The notes: a model not told the origin generated them from the sequence alone. A stretch of 64,000 nt of DNA from Candidatus Woesearchaeota archaeon B3_Woes (GCA_005222965.1 NJBG01000001.1:896167-960166), one strand, 5' to 3'. Shown: positions 27,422 to 36,873, numbered from the stretch's first letter. A program made the numbers and translations.

Positions 27422-30073
27422 ATGCCTGATTACCATACTAAATCAATTGAAGAAACTCTGAAAAACCTGGAAACAAAAGATAAAGGGCTGACTCAGGAAG
27501 AAGCAAACAAAAGATTGATTAGATATGGCCCTAATGAAATAAAAGACACAGAACAAATATCTCCATTAAATATATTTATTTCACAATTCAAAAGCTTTCT
27601 TGTAGCAATCTTATTCATAGCTGTTATAGTTTCATTAATAATAGACCATAAGATTGATGCATTTGTAATAGCAATCATTCTTATCCTAAATGCCATCTTG
27701 GGCTTTGTTCAGGAATATAAAGCAGAAAAATCTATTCAAGCATTAAAAAAACTAGCTTCACAACAGTCAGTAGTACTAAGAGATGGAAAAGAAAAAAAGA
27801 TTAATTCAACAGAACTAGTTCCAGGAGATATCATTATTCTGGAAACAGGAGAAAAGATTCCTGCAGACTCAAGATTAATAGAATCTATAAATCTACACAC
27901 CCAGGAAGCAAGCTTAACAGGAGAATCAACACCAGTAACAAAAGACATAAAAACCTTAAATAAAAAATCACCAGTAGCAGACAGAAAAAACATAGTTTTC
28001 TCAGGAACAATCATAACTGCCGGAAGAGGAAAAGCAGCTGTAATCAGAACAGGAATGGATACTGAAATTGGCAAGATAGCCAAGATGATCCAAAAACAAA
28101 CAACAAAACTAACACCCTTGCAAATAAAATTAAAAAAATTAGGAGAACTACTTGGATTAGCAACAATAATAATCTGCTTTTTAGTTTTCTTCACAGGAAT
28201 CCTAGCGGGAATAGATACAATAACAATGTTCATAACAGCAATATCACTGGCAGTTGCAGCAATTCCAGAAGGATTGCCAGCAGTTGTAACAATTTCTTTG
28301 GCATTAGGAACCCAAAGAATGGTAAAAAGAAACGCACTAATCAGAAAACTGCCTTCTGTTGAAACACTTGGAAGCACCACTGTAATCTGTACTGATAAAA
28401 CAGGAACTCTTACATTAAATCAAATGACTGTTAGAAAACTTTTCATAAACGACAAAACAATTACAGTTACAGGGAGAGGATATGAATCAAAAGGAGAATT
28501 CTACCATAATAAAGAAAAGATTAACATAAAAGAAATTGAATTACTCTTAACAGCAGGAACTCTATGCAACAACGCAAAATTTGTAAACAGAGATATTATA
28601 GGAGATCCAACAGAGGGAAGCTTGGTTGTTAGTGCTGCAAAAGCAGAACTTCTAAAAGAAAAACTTGAAGAACAATACCCAAGAATAGATGAAATAGAAT
28701 TTACATCTGAAAGAAAAAGAATGAGCACACTACACAACATTAAAGGCACAAAAACAATTTATTCTAAAGGCGCTCCAGATGTTTTACTTAATTACTGCAA
28801 TAGGGTATACAAAAATGGAAAAATAAAAAAATTAACACAAGAAGAAAAAGAAAAAATTCTACAAATCAATGAAACATTTGCAAAACAAGCCTTAAGAGTT
28901 TTAGGATTTGCATTCAAACCATCAAACAAACTCGAAGAAAAAAACTTAATATTTATTGGATTACAAGCAATGATTGATCCGCCAAGAGAAGAAGTAAAAA
29001 CAGCAATAGAAAAATGCAAGCAGGCAGGAATAAAGGTTGTAATGATTACAGGAGATTTTAAAGTAACAGCAGAAGCAATTGGCCGTGAGTTAGGAATAAC
29101 AGGCCAGGCAATTGATGGAGCAGAACTAGACAACATCCAAAACCTAAAAGAACACGTTGAAAATATATCTATCTATGCAAGGGTTAATCCATCACACAAA
29201 GTAAAAATTCTTGAAGCTCTAAAAGAAAACAAACATATTGTTGCAATGACTGGAGATGGTGTTAATGATGCTCCTGCAATAAAAAAAGCAGATATAGGAA
29301 TATCAATGGGTATTACTGGAACAGATGTTGCAAAAGAAGCCTCTGATATGATTCTAATTGATGATAATTTTGCTTCAATTGTAAATGCAGTTGAAGAAGG
29401 AAGAGGAATTTATGACAACATAAAGAAATTTGTCCAATACCTCTTATCATCAAATATAGGAGAGATTCTAACAATCTTTGTAGCATTAATCATGGCACCA
29501 TTCTTTGCAAATGCCCTACCTCTAATTGCTCTACAAATCTTATGGATTAACTTAGTTACAGATGGACTACCAGCTCTAGCTCTGGGTGTTGATCCTACTG
29601 AACCACATATCATGAGAAAAAAACCAAGAAACCCAAAAGAAAATATAATCAATAAATCAAGAGCAATAAAAATGATTTTTATAGGTATCATAATGATGGT
29701 AGGTACTCTAGGAATATTTAAAATATACAATCCAAACATAAATTTAGTATATGCACAAACAATAGCATTTACAACCTTAGTCATGTTCCAAATGTTTAAC
29801 GTCTTAAACCTAAGATCAGATCAACATTCCTTATTCAAAATTGGTATTTTCTCAAATATGAAACTAATTATAGCAATTATAATATCAATAGCTCTGCAAT
29901 TACTGGTTGTCTATTCACCATTTATGCAAAACCTATTTAGTACAACAACACTATATCTAAAAGATTGGATATACATACTACTTGTTTCATCATCTGTTTT
30001 AATATTTGGAGAAATCATAAAAATATTTAATAAATTAATAAAAAAAAGAAAAAGAATAAGTCCAATACCTTAA
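27422..30073 (+). CDS. P-type Ca2+-transporting ATPase (P2-type, SERCA/PMCA-like)
   Basis: DKTGTLT phosphorylation motif, TGES, KGAPD, and the MITGDFKVTAEAIGRELGI/TGDGVNDAPAIKKADIGISMG hinge. About 10 TM helices. 883 aa. Confidence 0.85.
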   Translation: MPDYHTKSIEETLKNLETKDKGLTQEEANKRLIRYGPNEIKDTEQISPLNIFISQFKSFLVAILFIAVIVSLIIDHKIDAFVIAIILILNAILGFVQEYKAEKSIQALKKLASQQSVVLRDGKEKKINSTELVPGDIIILETGEKIPADSRLIESINLHTQEASLTGESTPVTKDIKTLNKKSPVADRKNIVFSGTIITAGRGKAAVIRTGMDTEIGKIAKMIQKQTTKLTPLQIKLKKLGELLGLATIIICFLVFFTGILAGIDTITMFITAISLAVAAIPEGLPAVVTISLALGTQRMVKRNALIRKLPSVETLGSTTVICTDKTGTLTLNQMTVRKLFINDKTITVTGRGYESKGEFYHNKEKINIKEIELLLTAGTLCNNAKFVNRDIIGDPTEGSLVVSAAKAELLKEKLEEQYPRIDEIEFTSERKRMSTLHNIKGTKTIYSKGAPDVLLNYCNRVYKNGKIKKLTQEEKEKILQINETFAKQALRVLGFAFKPSNKLEEKNLIFIGLQAMIDPPREEVKTAIEKCKQAGIKVVMITGDFKVTAEAIGRELGITGQAIDGAELDNIQNLKEHVENISIYARVNPSHKVKILEALKENKHIVAMTGDGVNDAPAIKKADIGISMGITGTDVAKEASDMILIDDNFASIVNAVEEGRGIYDNIKKFVQYLLSSNIGEILTIFVALIMAPFFANALPLIALQILWINLVTDGLPALALGVDPTEPHIMRKKPRNPKENIINKSRAIKMIFIGIIMMVGTLGIFKIYNPNINLVYAQTIAFTTLVMFQMFNVLNLRSDQHSLFKIGIFSNMKLIIAIIISIALQLLVVYSPFMQNLFSTTTLYLKDWIYILLVSSSVLIFGEIIKIFNKLIKKRKRISPIP

Positions 30074-30074
30074 A

Positions 30075-31229
30075 CTACTGCTTTAGGACATCAACCTTAT
30101 CTGTTTTTTCCCATGTAAAGTCAGGATCTTCTCTTCCAAAATGACCATATGAAGCTGTTTTTCTGTATATTGGTCTTCTTAAGTCAAGCTGTTCTATTAT
30201 ATCCTTTGGTTTTAATGGAAAATGTTTTTTTATTAATTCAACTATTTTTTCTTCTGGTATCTTGTTTGTTCCAAAAGTATCCACAAAAACACCAGTAGGT
30301 TCTGCCACTCCAATTGCATATGCCAGCTCAACTTCACATCTGTCAGCTAATCCTGCAGCAACAAGATTCTTAGCAATATATCTTGCAGCATAAGTAGCAG
30401 ATCTATCTACTTTTGAAGGATCTTTTCCAGAAAAACACCCACCACCATGTCTTCCCATACCACCATAAGTATCTACAATTATCTTTCTCCCTGTAACTCC
30501 TGTATCTCCTTCTGGTCCGCCTACAACAAACTTTCCTGTTGCATTTATATGGACTTTTGTATTTTCATCAAAATAATCCCCGCAAACAGGTTTAATTACT
30601 TTCTCAAGAATTTCCTTTTTTAATTCATCTTCTGAAATAATCTCTAAATGTTGTTGAGCAATAACAACTGCTTCAACTCTTTTTGGCTTTCCATCTTCAT
30701 ATTCAACAGTAACCTGAGATTTGCCATCAGGTCCTAGATCTTTTATTTCGCCATTTTTTCTTACGTCTGCTAGTTTTCTTGTTAATTTATGAGCCAAACT
30801 TATTGGCAATGGCATTAATTCCTCTGTTTCATTACACGCATAACCAAACATCATTCCCTGGTCTCCTGCGCCTTGTTCTCCAGATGCTCCCTGACCTTCT
30901 GTAACTCCTATAGATATATCAGGTGATTGCTCATGAATAGCAACCCAAACACCAGCATCCTCATAATCAATTCCAAAATCTGGATTAGTATAACCTATAT
31001 CTTTTAACACCTCTCTGACAACCTTTTGAACATCTGCAAAACCTTTTGTTGTTACTTCACCTGCAACATGCACAGATCCAGTTGTTGTTAAACACTCAAT
31101 AGCAACTCTTGATTGAGGGTCTTGTTTATACAATTCATCTAAAATCCCATCAGAAATTTGATCACATACTTTATCTGGATGACCTTCTGTTACTGATTCA
31201 GATGTAAATAAAAAATTTTTTTGTTCCAT
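30075..31229 (-). CDS. metK: S-adenosylmethionine synthetase, bacterial/eukaryotic type
   Basis: [21 protein letters not shown]-terminus, the [12 protein letters not shown] motif, and [17 protein letters not shown]. This is not the archaeal-type MAT family. Confidence 0.9.
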   Translation of the reverse strand: MEQKNFLFTSESVTEGHPDKVCDQISDGILDELYKQDPQSRVAIECLTTTGSVHVAGEVTTKGFADVQKVVREVLKDIGYTNPDFGIDYEDAGVWVAIHEQSPDISIGVTEGQGASGEQGAGDQGMMFGYACNETEELMPLPISLAHKLTRKLADVRKNGEIKDLGPDGKSQVTVEYEDGKPKRVEAVVIAQQHLEIISEDELKKEILEKVIKPVCGDYFDENTKVHINATGKFVVGGPEGDTGVTGRKIIVDTYGGMGRHGGGCFSGKDPSKVDRSATYAARYIAKNLVAAGLADRCEVELAYAIGVAEPTGVFVDTFGTNKIPEEKIVELIKKHFPLKPKDIIEQLDLRRPIYRKTASYGHFGREDPDFTWEKTDKVDVLKQ

Positions 31230-31257
31230 TTTAATTCCTCCTTATTTTTTAAAATAT

Positions 31258-31512
31258 TTAAGCAATAGCAACACTAGCAATTGCTACAGCAATTTCAGCA
31301 TTAAATCTCTCGCGAGCTTGATGAAATCTCGCAACTTCCCCTTCAGTTAAATGTTCACATAAACTCTTCACAGCTCTTATTCCATGTTTTGGAAAGTATT
31401 GTACTTTTAATCCTGCCTCTTCTCCAATAAACTTTACTTCAGCACCTATTAAATTATAGCCTGAATCACCAGGCATATTTCCATTATAATCACTTAAATC
31501 AATTGTTGTCAA
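31258..31512 (-). CDS. hypothetical small protein
   Basis: 84-aa ORF immediately upstream of metK on the same strand. Locally GC-richer. No motif recognised. Confidence 0.3.
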   Translation of the reverse strand: MTTIDLSDYNGNMPGDSGYNLIGAEVKFIGEEAGLKVQYFPKHGIRAVKSLCEHLTEGEVARFHQARERFNAEIAVAIASVAIA

Positions 31513-31648
31513 TTTTACCCCTCCATTAAATTAATATTAATCTAATTAACACCCCCATTTATAAACCTTATTGACAAAAATATTCCTATAAGAATATTCT
31601 CAAGGATTTTTTAGTAATCTTTAAATAGTAGTTAAACTACTTTAATTT

Positions 31649-32185
31649 ATGGCTTTTGAAATATCCGAGATAAAACCAATAAGGAAAAAACTAGGAATAA
31701 CACAGTCTGAACTAGCTAAACAAGCAAACATTAGTCAAAGCCTTATTGCTAAAATAGAAGCAGGAACCCTAGATCCAACATATTCAAAAGCAAAAAAGAT
31801 ATTCGAAGTACTTAACTCTCTCTCAAAATCTAAAGAACTAAAAGCAAAAAACATTATGAACAAAAAACTAATATCAATTAATCCAGAGACAAAAATTAAA
31901 AATGCAATAAAAGAGATGCGTAAACATGGAATTTCTCAAATACCTGTGTTAAAAAACAACAATTGTGTAGGTTTAGTATCTGAAACAATAATTCTAAATT
32001 CATTCACAAAAAAAGATATAAGTAAAGTTGAAGATATAATGGGAGATTGCCCCCCTATAATCTCAAAAGACACATCAATAGAAATAGTATCAAATCTTCT
32101 AAAATTTTATCCTATTGTTCTTGTATCTGAAAAAGGAGATCTGCAAGGATTAATAACTAAATCAGATATTCTTAAAGCAATATGA
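31649..32185 (+). CDS. XRE-type HTH plus CBS-pair domain regulator
   Basis: N-terminal HTH (LGITQSELAKQANISQSLIAKIE) followed by two CBS-like repeats (ISQIPVL..., ...VLVSEKGDLQGLITKSDIL). Confidence 0.65.
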   Translation: MAFEISEIKPIRKKLGITQSELAKQANISQSLIAKIEAGTLDPTYSKAKKIFEVLNSLSKSKELKAKNIMNKKLISINPETKIKNAIKEMRKHGISQIPVLKNNNCVGLVSETIILNSFTKKDISKVEDIMGDCPPIISKDTSIEIVSNLLKFYPIVLVSEKGDLQGLITKSDILKAI

Positions 32186-32322
32186 GCTAAGCGAATGCAA
32201 CACATCAGGAACAATAATAAGGACTTTGGCGTTTTTTTGGGTTTGTTTTAAGATTATTTGTCATTTAATAGTGGTTATAAAAGCGAAAGGTTTAAATATT
32301 CTATTTAATTATTCTTTTTAAA

Positions 32323-33156
32323 ATGTTGATAACAAAAGTTGAAGATCAAGTGATTAAACAGGCCAAAGAAGCAACGGAAAATCTGTTAAGTTGTTTAGAT
32401 ATAGATAGGTGGAGAATATTGGATGATTTTGATTGGAATCACTTTAGAGTTATTCCTATAAACGATCCTAGGATTGTAAAGAAGCTTGTAAGAAAAAAAC
32501 CAGGGGAGCATGCAAGAGGAACCCTTGTATTAGAACTTGATAACTTTGGAACCGAGAATGATAGGATTGATTTAGTAGCTAAATTCTGCTATACAGGAGA
32601 AGATAATCCTAAGAATCCTAAAAATTATCAATTATGGTCTGGCAGTGGTTCACGTCTTTATCATCACTTAGATAAGACAATTACATTTTTAAAAAAGATG
32701 GGAATTACTAATATCCCTTTCTATCAACAATTTAATGTTGATACACTTGATAAAAACATCTATCCTACTTTCTATCATTTAGCTGTGGATTTAAGAGAAA
32801 GAGAGAGGTATACCTTATATGATATTGATGAATTTCCATTTGAACAAACATTAAATGGGGAAGACGTCCGAATGGATGTTCAAAGAATTCAAAACACCAT
32901 CATCTCAGCTGTATGTTCTGGTGAATATTATCTTGATGTGGATGACCATCACGGTGCTGAGAAAATGGATAAAGCACATAAAGCAATTGAAAGAATAATG
33001 ATTGGAAGAGTAGACAATTATACAAAGAGGGGAGATGTAGTTATTGGAGATTTAGACCATATTGCATTAAGCGATAGTTCAGGTTGGGATGTCGAAAGTA
33101 AAAAACACACACTAAAAAAAGTAGGATTACAATATACCGGTCCCCAAGCCAAATAA
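32323..33156 (+). CDS. hypothetical protein
   Basis: 277-aa ORF, GC-richer than surroundings. No motif recognised. Confidence 0.35.
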   Translation: MLITKVEDQVIKQAKEATENLLSCLDIDRWRILDDFDWNHFRVIPINDPRIVKKLVRKKPGEHARGTLVLELDNFGTENDRIDLVAKFCYTGEDNPKNPKNYQLWSGSGSRLYHHLDKTITFLKKMGITNIPFYQQFNVDTLDKNIYPTFYHLAVDLRERERYTLYDIDEFPFEQTLNGEDVRMDVQRIQNTIISAVCSGEYYLDVDDHHGAEKMDKAHKAIERIMIGRVDNYTKRGDVVIGDLDHIALSDSSGWDVESKKHTLKKVGLQYTGPQAK

Positions 33157-33361
33157 AAAAACTTTTTCTCGAATAAAATAATATTTTGGGTAACACCCAT
33201 TAAACAAAGTATCCTTCCTTTAGAGTCTGAAAATCAATCGAAAGTTTTTTAAATAAATTCATTTCATAAATCTAGTTAATTTTCATGCAAAGCCACCAAT
33301 ATGAAAAGATATTTAAACTAACAGGTTTCGTTATTTTTCAAATATAAAGGAGGTAAACAAA

Positions 33362-33409
33362 ATGGGATGTGACGGATGTAGTTCAGATGATGATAAAGAT
33401 AAAGATTGA
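33362..33409 (+). CDS. candidate micro-ORF (15 aa, MGCDGCSSDDDKDKD)
   Basis: Preceded by the same 17-mer (ggaggtaaacaaaatgg) as the small ORF at 3491. May well be non-coding. Confidence 0.15.
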   Translation: MGCDGCSSDDDKDKD

Positions 33410-33479
33410 GGCATAGAAACTTTTTTAAATAACATAAAAATGCCTTACATAGACTAAATATGATTTAGTCTATAATAAT

Positions 33480-33782
33480 GAGCCCATAGCTCAGTCTGGA
33501 GAAATAAGCGATTGGACCCAACTTTTAATATTGTTCCAATAATTGCTTTTCTTTGTTGATGAAAGTGTTCTGCATTTTTATCATGAAATGAGCTTGCTTG
33601 TTTCGGGCAATTAGAGCGCCGGTCTTATATGGCCGCTTTCGGTTCAATCTAGGAAAGCCGGAGGTCGGGGATTCAAATCAGCTTAAAAGTCAGCTGGCAC
33701 CTTTGTGGGTTTCGCAACTTTGTTGCTCAAGCCCACTTAGTCAAGTGCTTGGCTTTTAGCTATGAAAGTTCCCTTGGGCTCA
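33480..33782 (+). ncRNA. candidate multi-intron tRNA or structured ncRNA (tRNA-like 5' end, 7-bp terminal complementarity)
   Basis: The 5' end gagcccatagctcagtctgga resembles a tRNA acceptor and D-arm. The 3' end tgggctca is the exact complement of the 5' acceptor plus a discriminator A. A T-stem/loop-like GGGGATTCAAAT lies internally at about 33668. The segment attgg-acccaa...ccaat could be an anticodon arm carrying CCA (Trp). No contiguous cloverleaf is present. Confidence 0.3.
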
Positions 33783-33791
33783 TTTTTAAGT

Positions 33792-33912
33792 GCTCCTATA
33801 GTGTAGCCCGGTCAATCACTCTGCCTTTTCGTGTTGGCAATCAAAGATTCCCAAAATTTTTTGATTCCACCAAAAAAAGGCAGGAACAGGGGTTCGAATC
33901 CCCTTAGGAGCA
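33792..33912 (+). tRNA. tRNA-Glu (anticodon TTC) with 46-nt intron at 37/38
   Basis: Exons give acceptor GCTCCTA/TAGGAGC, anticodon arm CTGCC-TTTTCGA-GGCAG and T-arm AGGGG-TTCGAAT-CCCCT. The intron is tgttggcaat...ccaccaaaaaa, located between loop positions 37 and 38. Confidence 0.75.
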
Positions 33913-33943
33913 TTTACTTTTAGTTCATAAAATAGAATTAAAA

Positions 33944-34228
33944 ATGAAAAAAGATAAAGAACTTTTAAAAATAGAATGGGAAAATCATAAAGTGTATACT
34001 TTTGGATCACTTTCTGCTAGTCTCATTATTGCTTTTGGAGTATTATCAAATCTAAATCAACTCAAGGAGAATTTAATTTCTTTGTCTCTTCTAGTACTTA
34101 GTTTTGTTGTATTTATGATAGCTTTTTTTGTCTCTCTCAAAGCAATGGGATCAACATATAAAGAGTTAAGAAATGTGATAATTAACAGAAAGCCTAAGAA
34201 GAACAAACCTAGAAAAAAGAATTTTTAA
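33944..34228 (+). CDS. small membrane protein
   Basis: Two TM helices and a basic C-terminal tail. 94 aa. Confidence 0.3.
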   Translation: MKKDKELLKIEWENHKVYTFGSLSASLIIAFGVLSNLNQLKENLISLSLLVLSFVVFMIAFFVSLKAMGSTYKELRNVIINRKPKKNKPRKKNF

Positions 34229-34271
34229 GAAAAAATGAGCAAAAGAAGATTAAGATGGTAAGTTTGTCAAA

Positions 34272-34676
34272 ATGAAAAAAACAATTTTGTTAATATTGAT
34301 TTTAAGTATATTTTTGATTAATAGTTGTAACTTAAAAAAAGAAGTTAATAATGTAGATTGTTTATTATTAAATGCCCAAAATTTGGGTATAACTCTTGGT
34401 TTTAAAAATCAACATCCTGATTGTAAAACTCCTCAAATATTGGAATGTAAGAAACAAATTGAAAAGAAAATTAAAGATAGTTGTTTTAGTAAATTGTCTC
34501 TTGATTACTGGGATAGTAATCTTTGTGATTATATAGATGACAGAGATGAATATTGGTATTGTAAAGCTGTTACAAAGTATGGTAAAGGAGCTTGTAGCAA
34601 TATTGAAGATATTGAAAAATTAGAATGGTGTTTAAAAGTAAGTGAAGTAGCAGAAATAGAAGGGTTGATAATATGA
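34272..34676 (+). CDS. Cys-rich secreted/lipoprotein-like protein
   Basis: Signal peptide with LINSC lipobox-like site. 10 Cys in 134 aa. Confidence 0.4.
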   Translation: MKKTILLILILSIFLINSCNLKKEVNNVDCLLLNAQNLGITLGFKNQHPDCKTPQILECKKQIEKKIKDSCFSKLSLDYWDSNLCDYIDDRDEYWYCKAVTKYGKGACSNIEDIEKLEWCLKVSEVAEIEGLII

Positions 34677-34704
34677 AAATAAAAAATAAAGACATTATTT
34701 CCCA

Positions 34705-35331
34705 CTAAAACAATCCTCTAAAGAAATCTATTATTTTTCTGAAAAAACCTTTTTTTGCTGCTTTCTTTTCTTCTACTATTTTATCTTTAGGTATTTCTAC
34801 CATCTTTTGCTCTTCTATTATTACTTCTTTAGAAAAAGTAGTTATTCCTCCTGATGCATCTCTTGCAGTAATCACAACATTAAATGTTCCATTTGTCTTA
34901 TAATCATGTATAACATTAGGTTTATTACTGGCCTTCTCACCATCTCCAAACTCTATTGTATATACAACCATTTCTTTATCCAAATCAGAAACTTCAGCCT
35001 TAAACACAACTTCTGTTTTTCCAGGAGTTGTCAAAACAAACAAATCAACTTCAGGAGGCCGATTAACCTCTATTATATCATCTGCTTCTTTACTAAGGCA
35101 AACACCATCTTCACACTCTGAACAAATCTTCATCTGAGCTTTACAAAAACCATCATGACAAAAATACTCAATCAATTCACCAGGTCTACAGAAATCTGTA
35201 CCTTCATTATCATTATTGTCTTTACAAAACCCTTTTTGTTTGTAGTTTATTCCATTATCATCATCAAAACAAGCAGCATATACAGAAGGAATTAACATTA
35301 TTATCAAAATAAACACAATACCTCTTTTCAT
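34705..35331 (-). CDS. secreted Cys-rich protein with PKD-like domain
   Basis: Signal peptide and a Cys-rich N-terminal module. C-terminal IHDYKTNGTFNVVITARDASGG matches the PKD-domain consensus. Confidence 0.5.
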   Translation of the reverse strand: MKRGIVFILIIMLIPSVYAACFDDDNGINYKQKGFCKDNNDNEGTDFCRPGELIEYFCHDGFCKAQMKICSECEDGVCLSKEADDIIEVNRPPEVDLFVLTTPGKTEVVFKAEVSDLDKEMVVYTIEFGDGEKASNKPNVIHDYKTNGTFNVVITARDASGGITTFSKEVIIEEQKMVEIPKDKIVEEKKAAKKGFFRKIIDFFRGLF

Positions 35332-35405
35332 AACTACATATTATTTTTGATATATTTAAATTTTTGTACTATATATTTATATATCCAAGATTTCTACAAT
35401 ACTAC

Positions 35406-36281
35406 ATGGCCAATATTGATTTCAAAAACAAAATAAAATCTCTACTTAAAGATTTAACACATAAAAAAAATATTATTATTACCAGAAGGGGAAACGCTTC
35501 TATTCTTGAAATAATAAAACTAGCTAAAAATCTAAAAAAAGAAAAAGTTCTTATCCAGGACCAAGGTGGTTGGATAACTTATAAACAATATGCAAATAAA
35601 CTAGGATTAATGTGTATTGAAATAAAAACAGATTATGGATTAACTAATTTAGAAGATCTAGAAAAAAAAGCAGATGGAAAATCAATATTTATTGTAAATT
35701 CATTAACAGGATATTATGCAGATGAAAAAATGGATAAAATCTTAAAAATATGTAATAAAAAACACTGTCTATTAATCAACGATGTTTCTGGTTCTATTGG
35801 ATTAAAACTTGCAAAATATGGAGATATAATGTTAAGCTCTTTTAATCAATGGAAACCAATCAATCTGGGTTTAGGAGGATTTATAGCTTTTGATCAAAAA
35901 ATACCTTCTAATTATGAACTTGTACCCGAAACACAAAAATTAGTTCAAAAATTCTTTGATATAAAAGAATATTTTAATGAATTTGAGGAATATGAATTTA
36001 AAGAAAGAGATTTAAAAAAACTCTATCAAAAAATAAAAGATATTAACAAAAGACACAAGTTTTTCACTAAAAAACATAACCAAATAAAACAAGACCTGAA
36101 AAAACACCAAATAATCCACCCTAAGAAAAAAGGAATAAATGTTATAATAAAATACAATAATGAAGAAGAAAAAAACAAAATAATTAAATACTGTGAAGAT
36201 AATAAACTAGAATATACTGAATGTCCAAGGTATATACGGGTGGATGAACAAGCAATAAGCATTGAGGTAAAGAGGTTATAA
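35406..36281 (+). CDS. PLP-dependent DegT/DnrJ/EryC1-like enzyme (short form, tentative)
   Basis: SSFNQWKPINLGLGGF resembles the SFHxxKxxxxGEGG lysine motif of the DegT aminotransferase family. The protein is only about 290 aa from the MANIDFK start. Confidence 0.35.
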   Translation: MANIDFKNKIKSLLKDLTHKKNIIITRRGNASILEIIKLAKNLKKEKVLIQDQGGWITYKQYANKLGLMCIEIKTDYGLTNLEDLEKKADGKSIFIVNSLTGYYADEKMDKILKICNKKHCLLINDVSGSIGLKLAKYGDIMLSSFNQWKPINLGLGGFIAFDQKIPSNYELVPETQKLVQKFFDIKEYFNEFEEYEFKERDLKKLYQKIKDINKRHKFFTKKHNQIKQDLKKHQIIHPKKKGINVIIKYNNEEEKNKIIKYCEDNKLEYTECPRYIRVDEQAISIEVKRL

Positions 36282-36508
36282 TGGGGAAAATAATTTTAAT
36301 TGTCATAATATTCTTAGTAATTGGGGGCTATCTAATAAAAACAAATCTTAACGCAGATTTTGACGAATCTGGGGATAGGGTCAATTTCATAAAAGAATTT
36401 GCTAGATGGGTCTTCCAATTAGGGAAATCTACAAAAAATACAGTGGGTTACGCAGTATCTCAGGAATGGCTGCCAGAAACTAATAAAACAAATATTACAG
36501 AAAATTAG
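36281..36508 (+). CDS. small membrane protein
   Basis: One N-terminal TM helix. 75 aa. Confidence 0.3.
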   Translation: MGKIILIVIIFLVIGGYLIKTNLNADFDESGDRVNFIKEFARWVFQLGKSTKNTVGYAVSQEWLPETNKTNITEN

Positions 36509-36535
36509 TTAATTCTTTTATTTTTCATTAAAAAA

Positions 36536-36600
36536 CCGAAATATTTATAAATATTGATTATTAATATTAAGAATATCAATAAAATTATTAATATTAATAA
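36536..36600. promoter_or_regulatory. AT-rich imperfect palindrome / repeated tattaatattaa motifs upstream of the AbrB-like gene (candidate operator/promoter)
   Basis: atattgat...atcaata inverted repeat and two copies of attattaatattaa, within 70 bp of the first gene of the MoxR/vWA operon. Confidence 0.3.
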
Positions 36601-36603
36601 TAA

Positions 36604-36873
36604 GGTGCAAAGAAAATAGCTAAAAGTAAGTTTATAGGAAAAGTAAAGATAACCACACAAGGCCAACTAACTTTGCCTTTAGAAGCAAGAAAAGAACTAG
36701 GAATTGACTTAGGAGATGAAGTTTATTGGTACGAAATAGATGGAGTTCTCGTTGTTACAAAAGAATTACTTAGTCAAAAAGATCTAGATAAAACACTAAG
36801 AAATTCCGTAGGAATTTCTGGTGCCAAGAAAATTTCTTCAAAATTTTCTAGGGAAATAAGAGGTAGTAAATAA
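36604..36873 (+). CDS. AbrB/MazE-like SpoVT_AbrB (swapped-hairpin) DNA-binding protein
   Basis: KFIGKVKITTQGQLTLPLEARKELGI matches the AbrB N-domain consensus. The open frame begins at 36604 but has no canonical ATG upstream of TTG 36673, so the start is uncertain. Confidence 0.45.
   Translation, partial: GAKKIAKSKFIGKVKITTQGQLTLPLEARKELGIDLGDEVYWYEIDGVLVVTKELLSQKDLDKTLRNSVGISGAKKISSKFSREIRGSK

Noticed and set aside
27736-29784. Several minus-strand ORFs (27736..28380, 28501..28749, 28792..29136, 29410..29784)
   Set aside because: All lie antisense within the well-supported P-type ATPase gene.
33480-33782. RNase P RNA or SRP RNA interpretation of the tRNA-like locus
   Set aside because: Terminal pairing and size fit. 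However, the universally conserved cores (P4 GGAAAGUCCGG/ACAGAA...GGCUUA for RNase P; GGAAGG...AGCAG helix-8 motif for SRP RNA) are not present in recognisable order. Kept only as a minor alternative.
33816-34010. 64-aa ORF on the minus strand
   Set aside because: Lies antisense across the intron-containing tRNA-Glu gene. The tRNA is the better-supported feature.
36673-36675. TTG at 36673 as the start of the AbrB-like gene (as in the ORF track)
   Set aside because: It would remove the first beta-strands of the swapped-hairpin fold, which are clearly encoded in-frame upstream. The start is left as uncertain instead.
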